A stretch of 64,000 bases of DNA from Sphingomonas taxi (GTDB lineage: Bacteria > Pseudomonadota > Alphaproteobacteria > Sphingomonadales > Sphingomonadaceae): NCBI GenBank assembly GCA_003240625.1, contig QFMX01000007.1, forward strand, positions 84,623 through 148,622, in the 5' to 3' direction. The notes under the pieces are model-generated. The model saw nothing but the letters and a program-made list of their open reading frames with translations, searched no databases and was not told where the DNA came from. Each line of letters opens with the position of its first letter. The stretch's first letter is position 1. Both the position numbers and the translations under genes were made by a program. Below, one piece after another: positions 1-9,624 of the stretch.

Positions 1-804
1 CTCGACGGCGCGGAGACCAGCGACCGCGGCCTGTCCTGGAACGCGATGGGCGAGATGGCCGAACTGGTCGATCTGTCCGGCCTGTCGGACGATCTGGTCG
101 CGGACTTTCGCGCCCAACGCCGCCCCAATCTGACCGGCCTGTCGCACGGCGCGGGCGGGGTCGGCTGGGCGCTGCTCGAACTTGCCGCGGTGACCGAGGA
201 CGATCGATTTGCCGCCGCAGGACGCGCCGCGTTCGCCTATGAAGACAGCTGGTTCGACGCCGCGAGCGACCAATGGCCGGATCTGCGCAGCCACGATGGA
301 GGCAAGCCGTTGGGCGCCGCACCCGCCGCCTGGTGCCACGGCGCGGTCGGCATCGGTCTGGCACGCATTCGGGCCTTCGACCTCACCGGCGACGCGACGA
401 TGCGCCCGGCGATCGAGTCCGCCTTGCGGATCACCGCCCGATCGGTGATCGGCCAGCTCGCGCGCAGCAGCTGCAACTACTCGCTGTGCCACGGCGCGGC
501 CGGCGATGCGGAACTGTTCCTGAGCTGGGCCACAGCAAGCGGCGATGCAGAGGCGCGAACGATCGTCGACGAAATCGCCCGACACGGGATCGACACCTAT
601 GGCGCAACCGGCCGCCCCTGGCCGTCGGGCACGCCCGGCGCCGGCGAGTCCCCCAGCCTCATGCTGGGCCTTGCGGGCACCGGCCACTTCTACCTTCGGG
701 CGTTCGATCCCGCGGCGACACCTTCCGTCCTGCTGCTCGCCCCGTCTTCGGCAAGTCCCATCGTCAAGCGATCGCCTACCCGATCGCCGGAGTTCGCCGA
801 CTAG
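1..804 (+). CDS. Lanthionine synthetase C-like (LanC/LanM cyclase domain) protein, 5'-truncated by window edge
   Basis: Frame is open from base 1. LanC motifs GLSHGAGG, WCHGAVG, LCHGAAG and SLMLGLAG are present. Confidence 0.85.
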   Translation, partial: LDGAETSDRGLSWNAMGEMAELVDLSGLSDDLVADFRAQRRPNLTGLSHGAGGVGWALLELAAVTEDDRFAAAGRAAFAYEDSWFDAASDQWPDLRSHDGGKPLGAAPAAWCHGAVGIGLARIRAFDLTGDATMRPAIESALRITARSVIGQLARSSCNYSLCHGAAGDAELFLSWATASGDAEARTIVDEIARHGIDTYGATGRPWPSGTPGAGESPSLMLGLAGTGHFYLRAFDPAATPSVLLLAPSSASPIVKRSPTRSPEFAD

Positions 805-820
805 AGCACCTCACGACTTT

Positions 821-839
821 TTGCTAACAATTCTCAATA
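821..839 (+). promoter_or_regulatory. Putative Fur-type iron box
   Basis: AT-rich imperfect palindrome TTGCTAACAATTCTCAATA in GC-rich DNA, just upstream of the PepSY/DUF2271/ApbE operon. Confidence 0.6.
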
Positions 840-871
840 GCCTTGATTCCCGTTCGGCGACGCGATAGGCG

Positions 872-1561
872 GTGGCGGTGAACACGCCACAGCCTCTGCC
901 CCAGTCTCTCATCTCCCGGGGGTCCGCCCCACCGCCCCTCGCCAGCAAGCGAAAGCGCAAATGGCGGGGCTGGTGGCTCAAGCAACTGCACACTTGGCAC
1001 TGGATCAGCGCAGCGTTGTCCCTGGTCGGCATGCTGCTGTTCGCGATTACCGGCATCACGCTCAACCATGCCGCGACGATCGGCGCCAAGCCGGTCGTGG
1101 TCGAGAAAACGGGGATGCTGCCGGCGCCGCTGCTCCGCATGCTGACCGCGCCGCACGCCGCCGATGCGCCACTCCCGACGCCGGTCGCGAAGGGCATAGT
1201 CGCCGCGATCAGTCTCGATCCCGCAGGCAAGCCGGTCGAATGGTCCGACACCGACGCCTATGTCGCGCTGCCCCGTCCCGGCGGCGATGCCTGGGTCAGC
1301 ATCGCGCGCGCGACCGGTCGGATCACCGCCGAGACGACCGATCGCGGCTGGATCTCGTACCTCAACGATCTCCACAAGGGGCGCAATGCCGGCGCAGCGT
1401 GGAGCTGGTTCATCGATATCTTCGCAGGCGCGTGCATCCTGTTCACGCTGACCGGGCTGCTTCTGTTGCAGCTTCACGCACGCCATCGGCCGGCGACCTG
1501 GCCGATCGTCGCCGCCGGGCTCGCCATTCCCGTCCTGCTCGCCATCCTGTTTATCCATTGA
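872..1561 (+). CDS. PepSY-associated TM helix domain protein
   Basis: LHTWHWIS, ITGITLNH and LNDLHKGR motifs, several TM helices, typical operon context. Confidence 0.85.
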   Translation: MAVNTPQPLPQSLISRGSAPPPLASKRKRKWRGWWLKQLHTWHWISAALSLVGMLLFAITGITLNHAATIGAKPVVVEKTGMLPAPLLRMLTAPHAADAPLPTPVAKGIVAAISLDPAGKPVEWSDTDAYVALPRPGGDAWVSIARATGRITAETTDRGWISYLNDLHKGRNAGAAWSWFIDIFAGACILFTLTGLLLLQLHARHRPATWPIVAAGLAIPVLLAILFIH

Positions 1562-1572
1562 GGGGTCCTGCC

Positions 1573-2067
1573 ATGCGTCCAACCGCGTTCCTGTTGCTTG
1601 GCGGAGCGATCACCGCGCCCGCGCTGGTACCGCCCGCGAGCGCCGCGCCTGCGGGGACCGTCACGATCACCGTCCCACGGCTGAACGTCGCCGAATATCA
1701 CAAGCCCTATGTCGCCATCTGGCTCGAGCCGGTCGGCGGCGGCGCCCCGCGCACGCTGGCGGTCTGGTACGATCTCAAGAAGCGCGGCAACGACCCCGGC
1801 ACCAAATGGCTCGCGGACCTGCGCGCTTGGTGGCGAAAGGGCGGCCGCAGCATGGCGATGCCCGCAAACGGCGTGAGCGGCGCGACCCGTGCGCCGGGCC
1901 AATACACCATCCCCCTCCCTGCCGACGTCAAGCCCGGCCACTACGTCCTGAACGTCGAAGCGGCCCGCGAGACCGGCGGTCGCGAACTCGTCTCCGTACC
2001 GCTTACCGCCGGAGCCCGCACCACGGGCAAGACCGAGCTCGGCGCCATCGCCATTTCCGCCCGCTAA
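1573..2067 (+). CDS. DUF2271 domain protein (putative flavinylation substrate)
   Basis: ATG at 1573 after AGGGG. Signal peptide, EYHKPYVAIW, KWLADLRAWWR, VSGATR and EAARETGG motifs. Confidence 0.85.
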   Translation: MRPTAFLLLGGAITAPALVPPASAAPAGTVTITVPRLNVAEYHKPYVAIWLEPVGGGAPRTLAVWYDLKKRGNDPGTKWLADLRAWWRKGGRSMAMPANGVSGATRAPGQYTIPLPADVKPGHYVLNVEAARETGGRELVSVPLTAGARTTGKTELGAIAISAR

Positions 2068-2077
2068 GGATCACATC

Positions 2078-2929
2078 ATGAAGCCTCTCGCCATGAAGCC
2101 TTTCACGGCACGCCTGCTGGCCGCCGCTGCGCTGTTGTCGATCCCCGCCGCGCTGTCCGCGCACCGCATGTGGCTGCTGCCATCCGCCACCGTGTTCTCG
2201 GGCACAGACGGCTGGGTGACGGTCGACGCCGCCGTGTCGAACGACCTGTTCTTCTTCGACCACCAGCCGCTCCGGCTCGACGGCATGAAGGTCTGGCAGC
2301 CCGACGGCAGCGAAGGCACGCTCCAGAACGGCGCGACCGGCCGCTATCGCTCGGTCTTCGACGTGAAGCTCGACAAGCCCGGCACATGGAAGATCGGCAC
2401 CCAGATGTCCGCCGTCATGGGCAGCTTCAAGGTCGACGGCGTCGAGAAGCGCCTCGGTCGTCGCGGTCCACCGCAGCCGAACGCGCCTGCCCCGCTGACC
2501 GTCGCCGACATTCCGGCCAACGCGACCGACGTGAAGGTCACCGAGGTTACCGGCCGCAACGAGATTTTCGTGACCGCCGGCGCACCGACCACCGCCGTCT
2601 TCAAGACCACCGGCAAGGGCCTGGAGTTCGCGCCGGTCACGCATCCCGACGAACTGGTCGCTGGCGAGACCGCCAAGTTCCGTTTCCTGGTCGACGGCAA
2701 GCCCGCCGCCGGCATCAAGGTCACCGTGATCCCCGGCGGCAAGCGCTATCGCAACGACGAAGGCGCACGCGAACTGACCACCGGTGCGGACGGCATGCTC
2801 AGCGTCGATTGGCCGACCGCGGGCATGTATTGGCTCAGCGCGACGCTGACCGACGCCAAGGCGACGAGCCCGCGGGCGACCGAACGCCGGATGAGCTACG
2901 TCACGACGCTCGAAGTGCTGACGCCGTAA
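2078..2929 (+). CDS. DUF4198 domain periplasmic protein
   Basis: Signal peptide followed by AHRMWLLPS. Operon context. Confidence 0.85.
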   Translation: MKPLAMKPFTARLLAAAALLSIPAALSAHRMWLLPSATVFSGTDGWVTVDAAVSNDLFFFDHQPLRLDGMKVWQPDGSEGTLQNGATGRYRSVFDVKLDKPGTWKIGTQMSAVMGSFKVDGVEKRLGRRGPPQPNAPAPLTVADIPANATDVKVTEVTGRNEIFVTAGAPTTAVFKTTGKGLEFAPVTHPDELVAGETAKFRFLVDGKPAAGIKVTVIPGGKRYRNDEGARELTTGADGMLSVDWPTAGMYWLSATLTDAKATSPRATERRMSYVTTLEVLTP

Positions 2930-2938
2930 CCATCCCGG

Positions 2939-3955
2939 GTGAGCACGCCCCTCCCCACCACGCGGATCGCATTGTCGGCGACGATCGCGCCGGCAATGCC
3001 CGATCCCGCCGATATCGTGATCGCACTGCGCGGCGAGACGATGGGCACGACCTGGCACGCGCAATTCGCCGCCCCGCGGGACTGTGATCCGGCTGCGATC
3101 CAGCGGGCGATCCACCGGGCGATCGTCTCGCGGCTCGCCGGAATCGTTGCGGCAATGAGTCACTGGGCGCCGACGTCGCTGCTGTCCCGCTTCAATCGCG
3201 CGGCAGCGGGGACATGGACGGCGCTCCCGACCGACTTCGCACGGGTCATGGTCCGCGCGCTCGCCATCGCCGAGACGACCGGGGGCGCGTTCGATCCGGC
3301 GATCGGCCGGCTCGTCGATGCCTGGGGGTTCGGTCCGATCCCTGTCGAGGGTCTACCCAGCGAGCCGCAGATCGAGGCGGCGATGACCAGATCGGGCTGG
3401 CGCCACCTCGCCCTGTCCACAACGGCTTCCCAGTCCGCGACGGGGACGCATCTCCTCCAGCCGGGCGGCATCGCGCTCGACCTTTCGGGAATCGCCAAGG
3501 GATATGCCGTCGATGCGGTCGCCGCGCTGCTGGAGGCCGCGGGGTTCGTCCATCACCTCGTCGAGATCGGCGGCGAACTCGTCGGCGCGGGAATGCGGCC
3601 CGACGGCGATCCGTGGTGGGTCGATCTCGAAACCCCGATCGGTACGATTCTGCCGCCGTTACGCGTGGCCCTGCACGGTATGGCGGTCGCGACCTCGGGC
3701 GATTACCGGCGCGGCGCGCATACGCTCGATCCGCGCACGGGCCGCGCGATCGACACCGGAATCGTATCGGCCAGCGTGATCCACCGGACCGCGATGGACG
3801 CCGACGCCTGGGCCACCGCGCTCACCGTGCTCGGTCCGGTCGCAGGCCTCGAACTGGCCCGCGAACACGGCCTGGCCGCACGATTGGTCACGCTCGTCGA
3901 TGGCGACACATGCGAGTATCTGAGCCCCCGCTTGGCCGCGATGCTGTTCGACTGA
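2939..3955 (+). CDS. apbE: FAD:protein FMN transferase
   Basis: TMGTTW, GAFDPAIG, DLSGIAKGYAVD, ATSGDYR and ADAWATAL motifs. Confidence 0.92.
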   Translation: MSTPLPTTRIALSATIAPAMPDPADIVIALRGETMGTTWHAQFAAPRDCDPAAIQRAIHRAIVSRLAGIVAAMSHWAPTSLLSRFNRAAAGTWTALPTDFARVMVRALAIAETTGGAFDPAIGRLVDAWGFGPIPVEGLPSEPQIEAAMTRSGWRHLALSTTASQSATGTHLLQPGGIALDLSGIAKGYAVDAVAALLEAAGFVHHLVEIGGELVGAGMRPDGDPWWVDLETPIGTILPPLRVALHGMAVATSGDYRRGAHTLDPRTGRAIDTGIVSASVIHRTAMDADAWATALTVLGPVAGLELAREHGLAARLVTLVDGDTCEYLSPRLAAMLFD

Positions 3956-4021
3956 CGGGAGCCGCCGCCCAAGGTCGACGCGCCGCTACCCGATCCGACA
4001 TTCGCGCGTTATCGCTCGGCT

Positions 4022-4801
4022 ATGACCGCAACGCTTTCCCCCGCCTTGCCCGCCTCTCCCGCCTTGCCCGCCGCGACCCTGGTGGTGTTTCGCGAGTCCG
4101 GCGAGGGCGCACCGACGCTGCTCATGGTCGAGCGGGCGAAGGCGATGGTGTTCGCCGGCGGCGCACTGGTGTTTCCAGGCGGACGAGTCGATCCCGGCGA
4201 CCATGCGCTGGCCGCGTTGTCGGGCCAGGCCGATGACGACACCGCCGCACGCATCGCCGCGATCCGCGAGACGATCGAGGAGGCGGGGCTTCCCGTCGGA
4301 TTGTCGCCGATGCCGTCGCCGACCCTGTTCGAGCGATTGCGCGCCTCGCTGCACGCCGGCACCGCATTCGGCGAGGCGTTGGCGGAAGCCGGCGCCAGTC
4401 TCGACCTCGACGCACTCACCTATTTCGCGCGATGGCGGCCGGCGCATGCGCATGCCCGGATCTTCGATACGCGCTTCTACCTGGCGCGGCTCCCTGCGGA
4501 TGCGCCCGAGGCCCGGGTCGATGCGACGGAGAATGTCCGACTGTTCTGGGCGACCGCGGCCGACGTGCTGGCCGACGCCGATGCGGGCCGCGCGACGATC
4601 ATCTTTCCGACCCGCCGCAATCTCGAACGGCTCGCGCAGTTCGCCGACTTCGAGGCGGCTGTCACGGACGCGCGCGCGCATTCCGTGCGGACCGTGACGC
4701 CTTGGACCGAGATACGGGACGGCGTCGAGCATCTCTGCATCCCCGACGATCTCGGCTATCCTGTGACGTCGGAGCCGATGTCGGACGCGGTGCGCGGCTG
4801 A
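4022..4801 (+). CDS. NUDIX hydrolase
   Basis: VFPGGRVD...AAIRETIEEAG Nudix box and FDTRFY. Confidence 0.88.
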   Translation: MTATLSPALPASPALPAATLVVFRESGEGAPTLLMVERAKAMVFAGGALVFPGGRVDPGDHALAALSGQADDDTAARIAAIRETIEEAGLPVGLSPMPSPTLFERLRASLHAGTAFGEALAEAGASLDLDALTYFARWRPAHAHARIFDTRFYLARLPADAPEARVDATENVRLFWATAADVLADADAGRATIIFPTRRNLERLAQFADFEAAVTDARAHSVRTVTPWTEIRDGVEHLCIPDDLGYPVTSEPMSDAVRG

Positions 4802-4802
4802 C

Positions 4803-5531
4803 GTGCGGGCGGTGCGGCTCACCATTGGCTGGCTCGTGGGGCTGGCGATCGCCGCGATGCTCGCGCTGATACTCTGGTCGATGGCGCGCGGCCGCCCGCA
4901 GGATCTGCCCTGGGCACCGCTCGATCTCGGCCAGCCGATCGGCCTGTTCACCGGTCGCAAGTTGACCGCGCTGACCGAGGATTTCCCGCAATGCCGCGCG
5001 CTGCTCGATCGTGCAGGGGTGCGCTACACCGTCCTGCCACCGCGCAAGGGCGAAGGGCAATGCGGCTATTCGGATGGCGTCAGGCTGACCGGCGGCGCGC
5101 GGAAGATCGGGTTCGTGCCCGCCGGGCTCGGCATCGCCTGCCCCGTCGCCGCAGCCCTGTCGATGTGGGAATGGGACGTCGTCCAGCCCGCAGCCGAGCG
5201 CCACTTCGGCGCGCGCGTGGCCAGCATCGATCATTTCGGCAGCTATAGTTGCCGGCGGATCTACGGGCGCGATGCTGGCAACTGGAGCGAACATTCCACC
5301 GCGGACGCAGTCGACATCGCCGGCTTCCGCCTGACCGACGGCACCCGCATCACCGTCGCGCGCGACTGGAAGGGCGACGATGCGAAGTCGGCCTTCCTTC
5401 GCGAGGTGCGAGACGGGGCGTGCTCGCTGTTCGCGACGACGCTCTCACCCGACTACAACGCCGCGCATGCCGATCACCTACATCTGGATCAAGCGAACCG
5501 CGGATCGATGGGCTGGCGGGCGTGTCGGTGA
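4803..5531 (+). CDS. Extensin-like family protein
   Basis: GSYSCRRIY, SEHSTADAVDIAGF and LSPDYNAAHADHLHLD motifs. Confidence 0.88.
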   Translation: MRAVRLTIGWLVGLAIAAMLALILWSMARGRPQDLPWAPLDLGQPIGLFTGRKLTALTEDFPQCRALLDRAGVRYTVLPPRKGEGQCGYSDGVRLTGGARKIGFVPAGLGIACPVAAALSMWEWDVVQPAAERHFGARVASIDHFGSYSCRRIYGRDAGNWSEHSTADAVDIAGFRLTDGTRITVARDWKGDDAKSAFLREVRDGACSLFATTLSPDYNAAHADHLHLDQANRGSMGWRACR

Positions 5532-5611
5532 TCGGGGTGACGGGAGTGACCGGGTAGCTCGGACATGGAGCGCGTAACCACGCCTTCCACAACTATCCCG
5601 GCGCACCCCTG

Positions 5612-5726
5612 TCCCTACCACCCCGGCGAAGGCCGGGGCCCAATTGGGGGACGCCAATGGCAAGCGTAGCGCATCGTTACGACAACCTCACCAATTGGAC
5701 CCCGGCCTCCGCCGGGGTGGTAGGGA
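5612..5726. repeat. REP-like palindromic doublet (family C)
   Basis: CCCCGGCGAAGGCCGGGGCCCAATTGG...CCAATTGGACCCCGGCCTCCGCCGGGG. Homologous to 28248 and 43432. Confidence 0.85.
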
Positions 5727-5769
5727 GATCTGATCCGAAGTCTGTTGCAGCTCACGTGGGAACAGCTTC

Positions 5770-5883
5770 AATCCTCCCCCGCCAGGGGGAGGTGGCTGGC
5801 CCTTGCCAGACGGAGGGGGAGGACACGGAACCGACGGTATCGCCGCCGCCTCCGGCGCCACCTCCCCCTTGCGGGGGAGGATT
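5770..5883. repeat. Palindromic miniature element (family B)
   Basis: ATCCTCCCCCGCCAGGGGGAGGTGGC...GCCACCTCCCCCTTGCGGGGGAGGAT. Homologous to 10397 and 39756. Confidence 0.85.
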
Positions 5884-5898
5884 AATCACAGCCGAGTC

Positions 5899-6453
5899 TC
5901 AACTCGCCAGCGTCGTCCCCGAATCCACCTTCTCCACCCAATACGGAAAGAAAGCCGGCTGCCGATTCGACCAGCCCGACGCGGTCGCCGCAGCCTCGCT
6001 GATCGACTGGAGTAGTTTCCGCCGCAATTCCGGATGCAGATGCGGGAGCGCCGCCGCCGCACAGAATGCCGACGGCAACCAAGGCCGAACCTCCGCCCCG
6101 ATCAACCGCTCGTACAGGAATCGCAGCGCCGAAAAGCTCGTCAGCCGCCCCTGCCCCAGATCGAATGCAACGAGGGTCATCAGCGGCGCAAGGAATGGCT
6201 CGATCGCATCCAGCCCGCTATCGTCGGGCACCATCGCGCGCAGATCAGGCAGATTGTTGTAGAGACGCGCCTGCGCCCGGATGCTCGCCGCCTCGACCAC
6301 GTCGCGCGACCAGCGCAGCATCGCGTCCTCGCGGTCGAGCCCCACGTCGAGCGAACGGCGGATGTACCGCTGCGTCGAACTCGGGAAGCTCGCAAATTCC
6401 TTCATCTCGGCCAGCGTCATCGAGCCCTGTGCCGGTTTCATTCTGGAAGCCAT
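5899..6453 (-). CDS. Conserved hypothetical protein
   Basis: 184-aa ORF with genome-like codon usage and normal composition. No family recognised. Confidence 0.75.
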   Translation of the reverse strand: MASRMKPAQGSMTLAEMKEFASFPSSTQRYIRRSLDVGLDREDAMLRWSRDVVEAASIRAQARLYNNLPDLRAMVPDDSGLDAIEPFLAPLMTLVAFDLGQGRLTSFSALRFLYERLIGAEVRPWLPSAFCAAAALPHLHPELRRKLLQSISEAAATASGWSNRQPAFFPYWVEKVDSGTTLAS

Positions 6454-6559
6454 GTCGTCACCCCGCTCTCGTCAAGGAACCGGCAGACTATGCGCCTGGA
6501 TGGTTAACAACGACCCTATCGCGCGTCATCTTTCCGTAACACCAAGCCACCATGAAAGC

Positions 6560-6574
6560 TGTTGCGCTGCAACA
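6560..6574. promoter_or_regulatory. Putative PhaR-type operator
   Basis: Perfect palindrome TGTTGC-GCT-GCAACA containing TGC-N3-GCA. Confidence 0.4.
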
Positions 6575-6635
6575 AGGCTGCGACGAACCGAACGAAACTA
6601 AGCGATTTGATCGTCTTGCGCGGCGTTTGGGCAAC

Positions 6636-6666
6636 AAAAAAGCGCCGGTCGTTGCCGACCGACGCT
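6636..6666 (-). terminator. Intrinsic terminator
   Basis: GC stem AGCGCCGGTCG/CGACCGACGCT followed by a T-run on the minus strand. Confidence 0.7.
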
Positions 6667-6689
6667 CGTTCGTTGTGCAGACGAGAGCG

Positions 6690-6989
6690 TTACGCCTGCT
6701 TTTCGCGCAGCGCCCGCTCAGCGTCCTCGTCGTAGCCCGACGACTTTGCCGCCTCGCGATTGGAGCCCGGCTGCGTCGCGGACAACGGGTCGCTGCCGTC
6801 CATCGATTCGTCGAGCCCATTGTCGAGACGGGCGTCGGCGCTGTCCGGGTTCTTCTGCAGACGCTTGCCGATCGACTTGTCCTGCCCCGCTTCCTGGCGC
6901 GGATCGCGACCCGAGCTCTTGCCCTCGGAATCCTTGTCGTCGGGCGCTACGGACAGGCTGTCCAGCGCGCTCTTGTCTATGTCGGTCAT
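6690..6989 (-). CDS. Small acidic hydrophilic hypothetical (likely stress) protein
   Basis: MTDIDKS start after AGAGGGA. DARLDNGLDESMDGSDP motif. EcfG promoter upstream. Confidence 0.75.
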   Translation of the reverse strand: MTDIDKSALDSLSVAPDDKDSEGKSSGRDPRQEAGQDKSIGKRLQKNPDSADARLDNGLDESMDGSDPLSATQPGSNREAAKSSGYDEDAERALREKQA

Positions 6990-7021
6990 TGCGACGTCCC
7001 TCTTTAATCTTGGCGATGACC

Positions 7022-7046
7022 AACGGTCGAAGTGGCAGACCGTTCC
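7022..7046 (-). promoter_or_regulatory. EcfG/SigT general stress promoter
   Basis: Exact GGAAC-N16-CGTT on the minus strand, about 30 nt before the ATG at 6989. Confidence 0.8.
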
Positions 7047-7101
7047 TGTCCCGCCAACAGGCCGTGCCACTTCGACACCACCACCGTCCGCCCTTTTCCT
7101 T

Positions 7102-7212
7102 CCCCCCTCCCTGAAAGGGAGGGGTCGGGGGTGGGTAGGCTGGCCTGAGCCCCAACGGTCCGAGCATGCGGAACCCGACCCACCCCCAGCCCCTCCCTTC
7201 CAGGGAGGGGGG
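7102..7212. repeat. Palindromic miniature element (family A)
   Basis: CCCCTCCCTGAAAGGGAGGGGTCGGGGGTGGG...CCCACCCCCAGCCCCTCCCTTCCAGGGAGGGG. Confidence 0.88.
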
Positions 7213-7280
7213 CAAAGAAGGCAGAACGGAGAGCAGACCGTTCCCCCTGCTGCCTTTCCTTCCAGTGACAGAGCGGCCCC

Positions 7281-8072
7281 TCAATCCAGCGGCGTGACCT
7301 TCACCGTCTGCTCCCAGAGATACGCCTGCCCAAACACCGTCATGAACGCGATATCCGTCGCGTCGCGGCCCACACACACCCGCGCGATGTCGCTGCACGT
7401 CGCCATCTTGGTCGCATCGATCAGCCGCCAATCCCCCGCCAGCCACAACTCGGCAACCGCATGGAAGTCCGGCGGGTCGACCCCCGGCGCGTAAGCCGAC
7501 ACGCACCGCGCCGGGATCCCACCCGCGCGCGCCAGCGACACCAGCAGATGCGAATAATCGCGACACACGCCCGACCTCGAAGCAAACGTATCGAGCGCAG
7601 TCGTCTCCCCGCTGCTCGACCCGCAGCGATAATCGAGCGACTGGTACACCCACTCGGTCAACGCGGCAGCGAGCGGACCGCCTTCCAGCCCCCCGAACTC
7701 GCGCGCGACGAACCCCTCGAAGCGGTCCGACGGACAATAGCGGCTCGGCATCAGATACGGCGTCAGCTCGCCATCGAGCATCCGCGGCGGCGTCGCGGGA
7801 TACAGTTCGAGCTGCACCCGCTCACGCTTCACGGCAACCACCGCCTTATATTCGGCGGTAAAGCGGCCATGCCCGCGCGACCAGCAGCGCTGGCCGATCC
7901 CGTCCTCGCCGCGGACGGCCCGGATCGGGCTGTCAGACCACAGGGTCAGGGACTCGGACTCGATCGTCTGGTCGGCCATCGCCGCCGCTTCGATCTGGAG
8001 GAGCACGTCGGCGTCCCCGGTGATTCCGTAATCCAGACGCACGTCGATCGAGAGCCGCATCGTGCGTCCCAT
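7281..8072 (-). CDS. Transglutaminase-like family protein
   Basis: GVCRDYSH, DFHAVAE and LIDAT give a Cys-His-Asp triad. Start is 8072 or 8060. Confidence 0.88.
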   Translation of the reverse strand: MGRTMRLSIDVRLDYGITGDADVLLQIEAAAMADQTIESESLTLWSDSPIRAVRGEDGIGQRCWSRGHGRFTAEYKAVVAVKRERVQLELYPATPPRMLDGELTPYLMPSRYCPSDRFEGFVAREFGGLEGGPLAAALTEWVYQSLDYRCGSSSGETTALDTFASRSGVCRDYSHLLVSLARAGGIPARCVSAYAPGVDPPDFHAVAELWLAGDWRLIDATKMATCSDIARVCVGRDATDIAFMTVFGQAYLWEQTVKVTPLD

Positions 8073-8092
8073 TCCTGTCTCAAGGCCATAAG

Positions 8093-8124
8093 AAAAAGGG
8101 CCCGGCGGTGTCCCGCCGAGCCCT
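8093..8124 (-). terminator. Intrinsic terminator after Bax inhibitor gene
   Basis: AGGGCCCGGCGG/CCGCCGAGCCCT stem with T-run on the minus strand. Confidence 0.75.
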
Positions 8125-8149
8125 GCGTTCGTCACACCCTTAGCGGGCG

Positions 8150-8899
8150 TTAGTTACGGCTGCTACCAAACAGACGCAGCACGAACATGAACATGTTGAT
8201 AAAGTCGAGGTAGAGGCTCAGCGCCGCCATGATCACGACCTTGCCGATCATGTCGGTGCCGGCAACCTGTGCATACAGCGCCTTGGTGCGCTGCGTGTCG
8301 TAGGCGGTGAGGCCCGCGAACAGCAGCACGCCGACCGCGCTGATGACCAGCTGCATTACGCTCGACTGCAGGAAGATGTTGATCAGGCTCGCGACCAGCA
8401 GGCCGACGACGCCGATGATCAGGAACGTCCCGAACGCCGACAGGTCACGCTTGGTGGTGTAGCCGTACAGGCTGAGACCAGCGAAACCGGCTGCGGTTGC
8501 GAAGAACGCACCAGCGATCGACGTGCCGCTATAGACCAGGAAGATGGTCGACATCGACAGGCCCATCAGGACGGCAAAGCCCCAGAAGAGCAACTGCATC
8601 GTGCCCGTGGACATCTTGTTCTGGCCATAGCTCATGCCGAAAACGATCGCGAGCGGCGAGAACATGATGACGTATTTCAGGATGCCACCGCTCATGAACA
8701 CCTGGGCGGCAGGCGATTGTGCGCCGCCCCATGCGAACAGCATCGCGACGATGCCCGTCAGCAGGACAGCCGAGCCCATGTAGTTATACACGGACAGCAT
8801 GTACGACCGGAGACCAGCGTCATAGGCCTCGGTACGCTGGCCCGTGGCCGTCGTTCCGAACGGCGCGGCGCGGGGCCGGGGGTCAGACCAATTAGCCAT
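8150..8899 (-). CDS. Bax inhibitor-1/YccA family membrane protein
   Basis: DAGLRSYMLSVYNYM, YGYTTKRDLS and ALSLYLDFINMF motifs. About 7 TM helices. Confidence 0.92.
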   Translation of the reverse strand: MANWSDPRPRAAPFGTTATGQRTEAYDAGLRSYMLSVYNYMGSAVLLTGIVAMLFAWGGAQSPAAQVFMSGGILKYVIMFSPLAIVFGMSYGQNKMSTGTMQLLFWGFAVLMGLSMSTIFLVYSGTSIAGAFFATAAGFAGLSLYGYTTKRDLSAFGTFLIIGVVGLLVASLINIFLQSSVMQLVISAVGVLLFAGLTAYDTQRTKALYAQVAGTDMIGKVVIMAALSLYLDFINMFMFVLRLFGSSRN

Positions 8900-9021
8900 T
8901 GTGAAATCAGCTCCTTTGTCCGGCATAATGCCGGTTACGGTGAATATCGTCTTTTACAGGACGCTTTTCAAGCTGAGTGGTTGCATCGGCGCCATGGTTC
9001 GCGGTTAACCTGCCGCACGAC

Positions 9022-9579
9022 ATGATCCGCCTGTTCGTCGCCCTTCGCCCACCGTCGGCTATCCGTCAGAGCTTGCTCGACATAATGGAGGGCGTCCCCG
9101 CCGCGCGCTGGCAGGACGACGAGCAGTTGCACATCACGCTGCGCTTCATCGGCGCGGTCGAGCGGCCCGTCGCCGAGGATATCGCGGTCGCGCTGAGCCA
9201 GGTCGTCGCGCCGGCGCCGCGCGTGTCGCTGACCGGAGTCGGTCGCTTCGAGAAGCGCGGCCGGACCGATACGCTCTGGGTCGGCGTGACCCCGCACGAC
9301 GCCCTTGCCGCGATCCACCGCAAGGTCGACCAAGCCTGCGTCCGCGCGGGGCTGGAACCCGAACGCCGCGCCTATCTGCCGCACGTCACGGTCGGACGAC
9401 TGGCGCGATCGGCGGGCGTCGGCTTTGCGATCGACGCGTGGCTGGCAACGCACGCCGCCCTGTCGAGCGCGCCCTTCACGCTACCCCATCTCGTGCTGTA
9501 CCAAAGCCATCTCGGCCGCGACGGCGCGACCTACGAACCGGTCGCGCGCTGGGCGCTCGATACCAGGGACGGAACCTGA
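9022..9579 (+). CDS. thpR: RNA 2',3'-cyclic phosphodiesterase
   Basis: RLFVAL start and two HxT motifs (LHITLRF, PHVTVGR). Confidence 0.9.
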   Translation: MIRLFVALRPPSAIRQSLLDIMEGVPAARWQDDEQLHITLRFIGAVERPVAEDIAVALSQVVAPAPRVSLTGVGRFEKRGRTDTLWVGVTPHDALAAIHRKVDQACVRAGLEPERRAYLPHVTVGRLARSAGVGFAIDAWLATHAALSSAPFTLPHLVLYQSHLGRDGATYEPVARWALDTRDGT

Positions 9580-9595
9580 GCGACGGCGAAGGGTT
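9571..9595 (+). promoter_or_regulatory. EcfG-type promoter for sodC
   Basis: GGAAC-N16-GGTT, 30 nt upstream of the sodC ATG. Confidence 0.7.
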
Positions 9596-9624
9596 CGCAA
9601 AAGAGATCAACAGGGAGAAACAAC

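Noticed and set aside
4037..4072. 18-nt tandem duplication (SPALPA x2) at the NUDIX N-terminus
   Set aside because: Simple slippage in a variable terminus with no wider pattern.
5657..6262. ORFs running through intergenic palindromic elements (also 6760-7494, 12082-12747, 39778-41133)
   Set aside because: They are open only because the repeats lack stops and then continue antisense to real genes.
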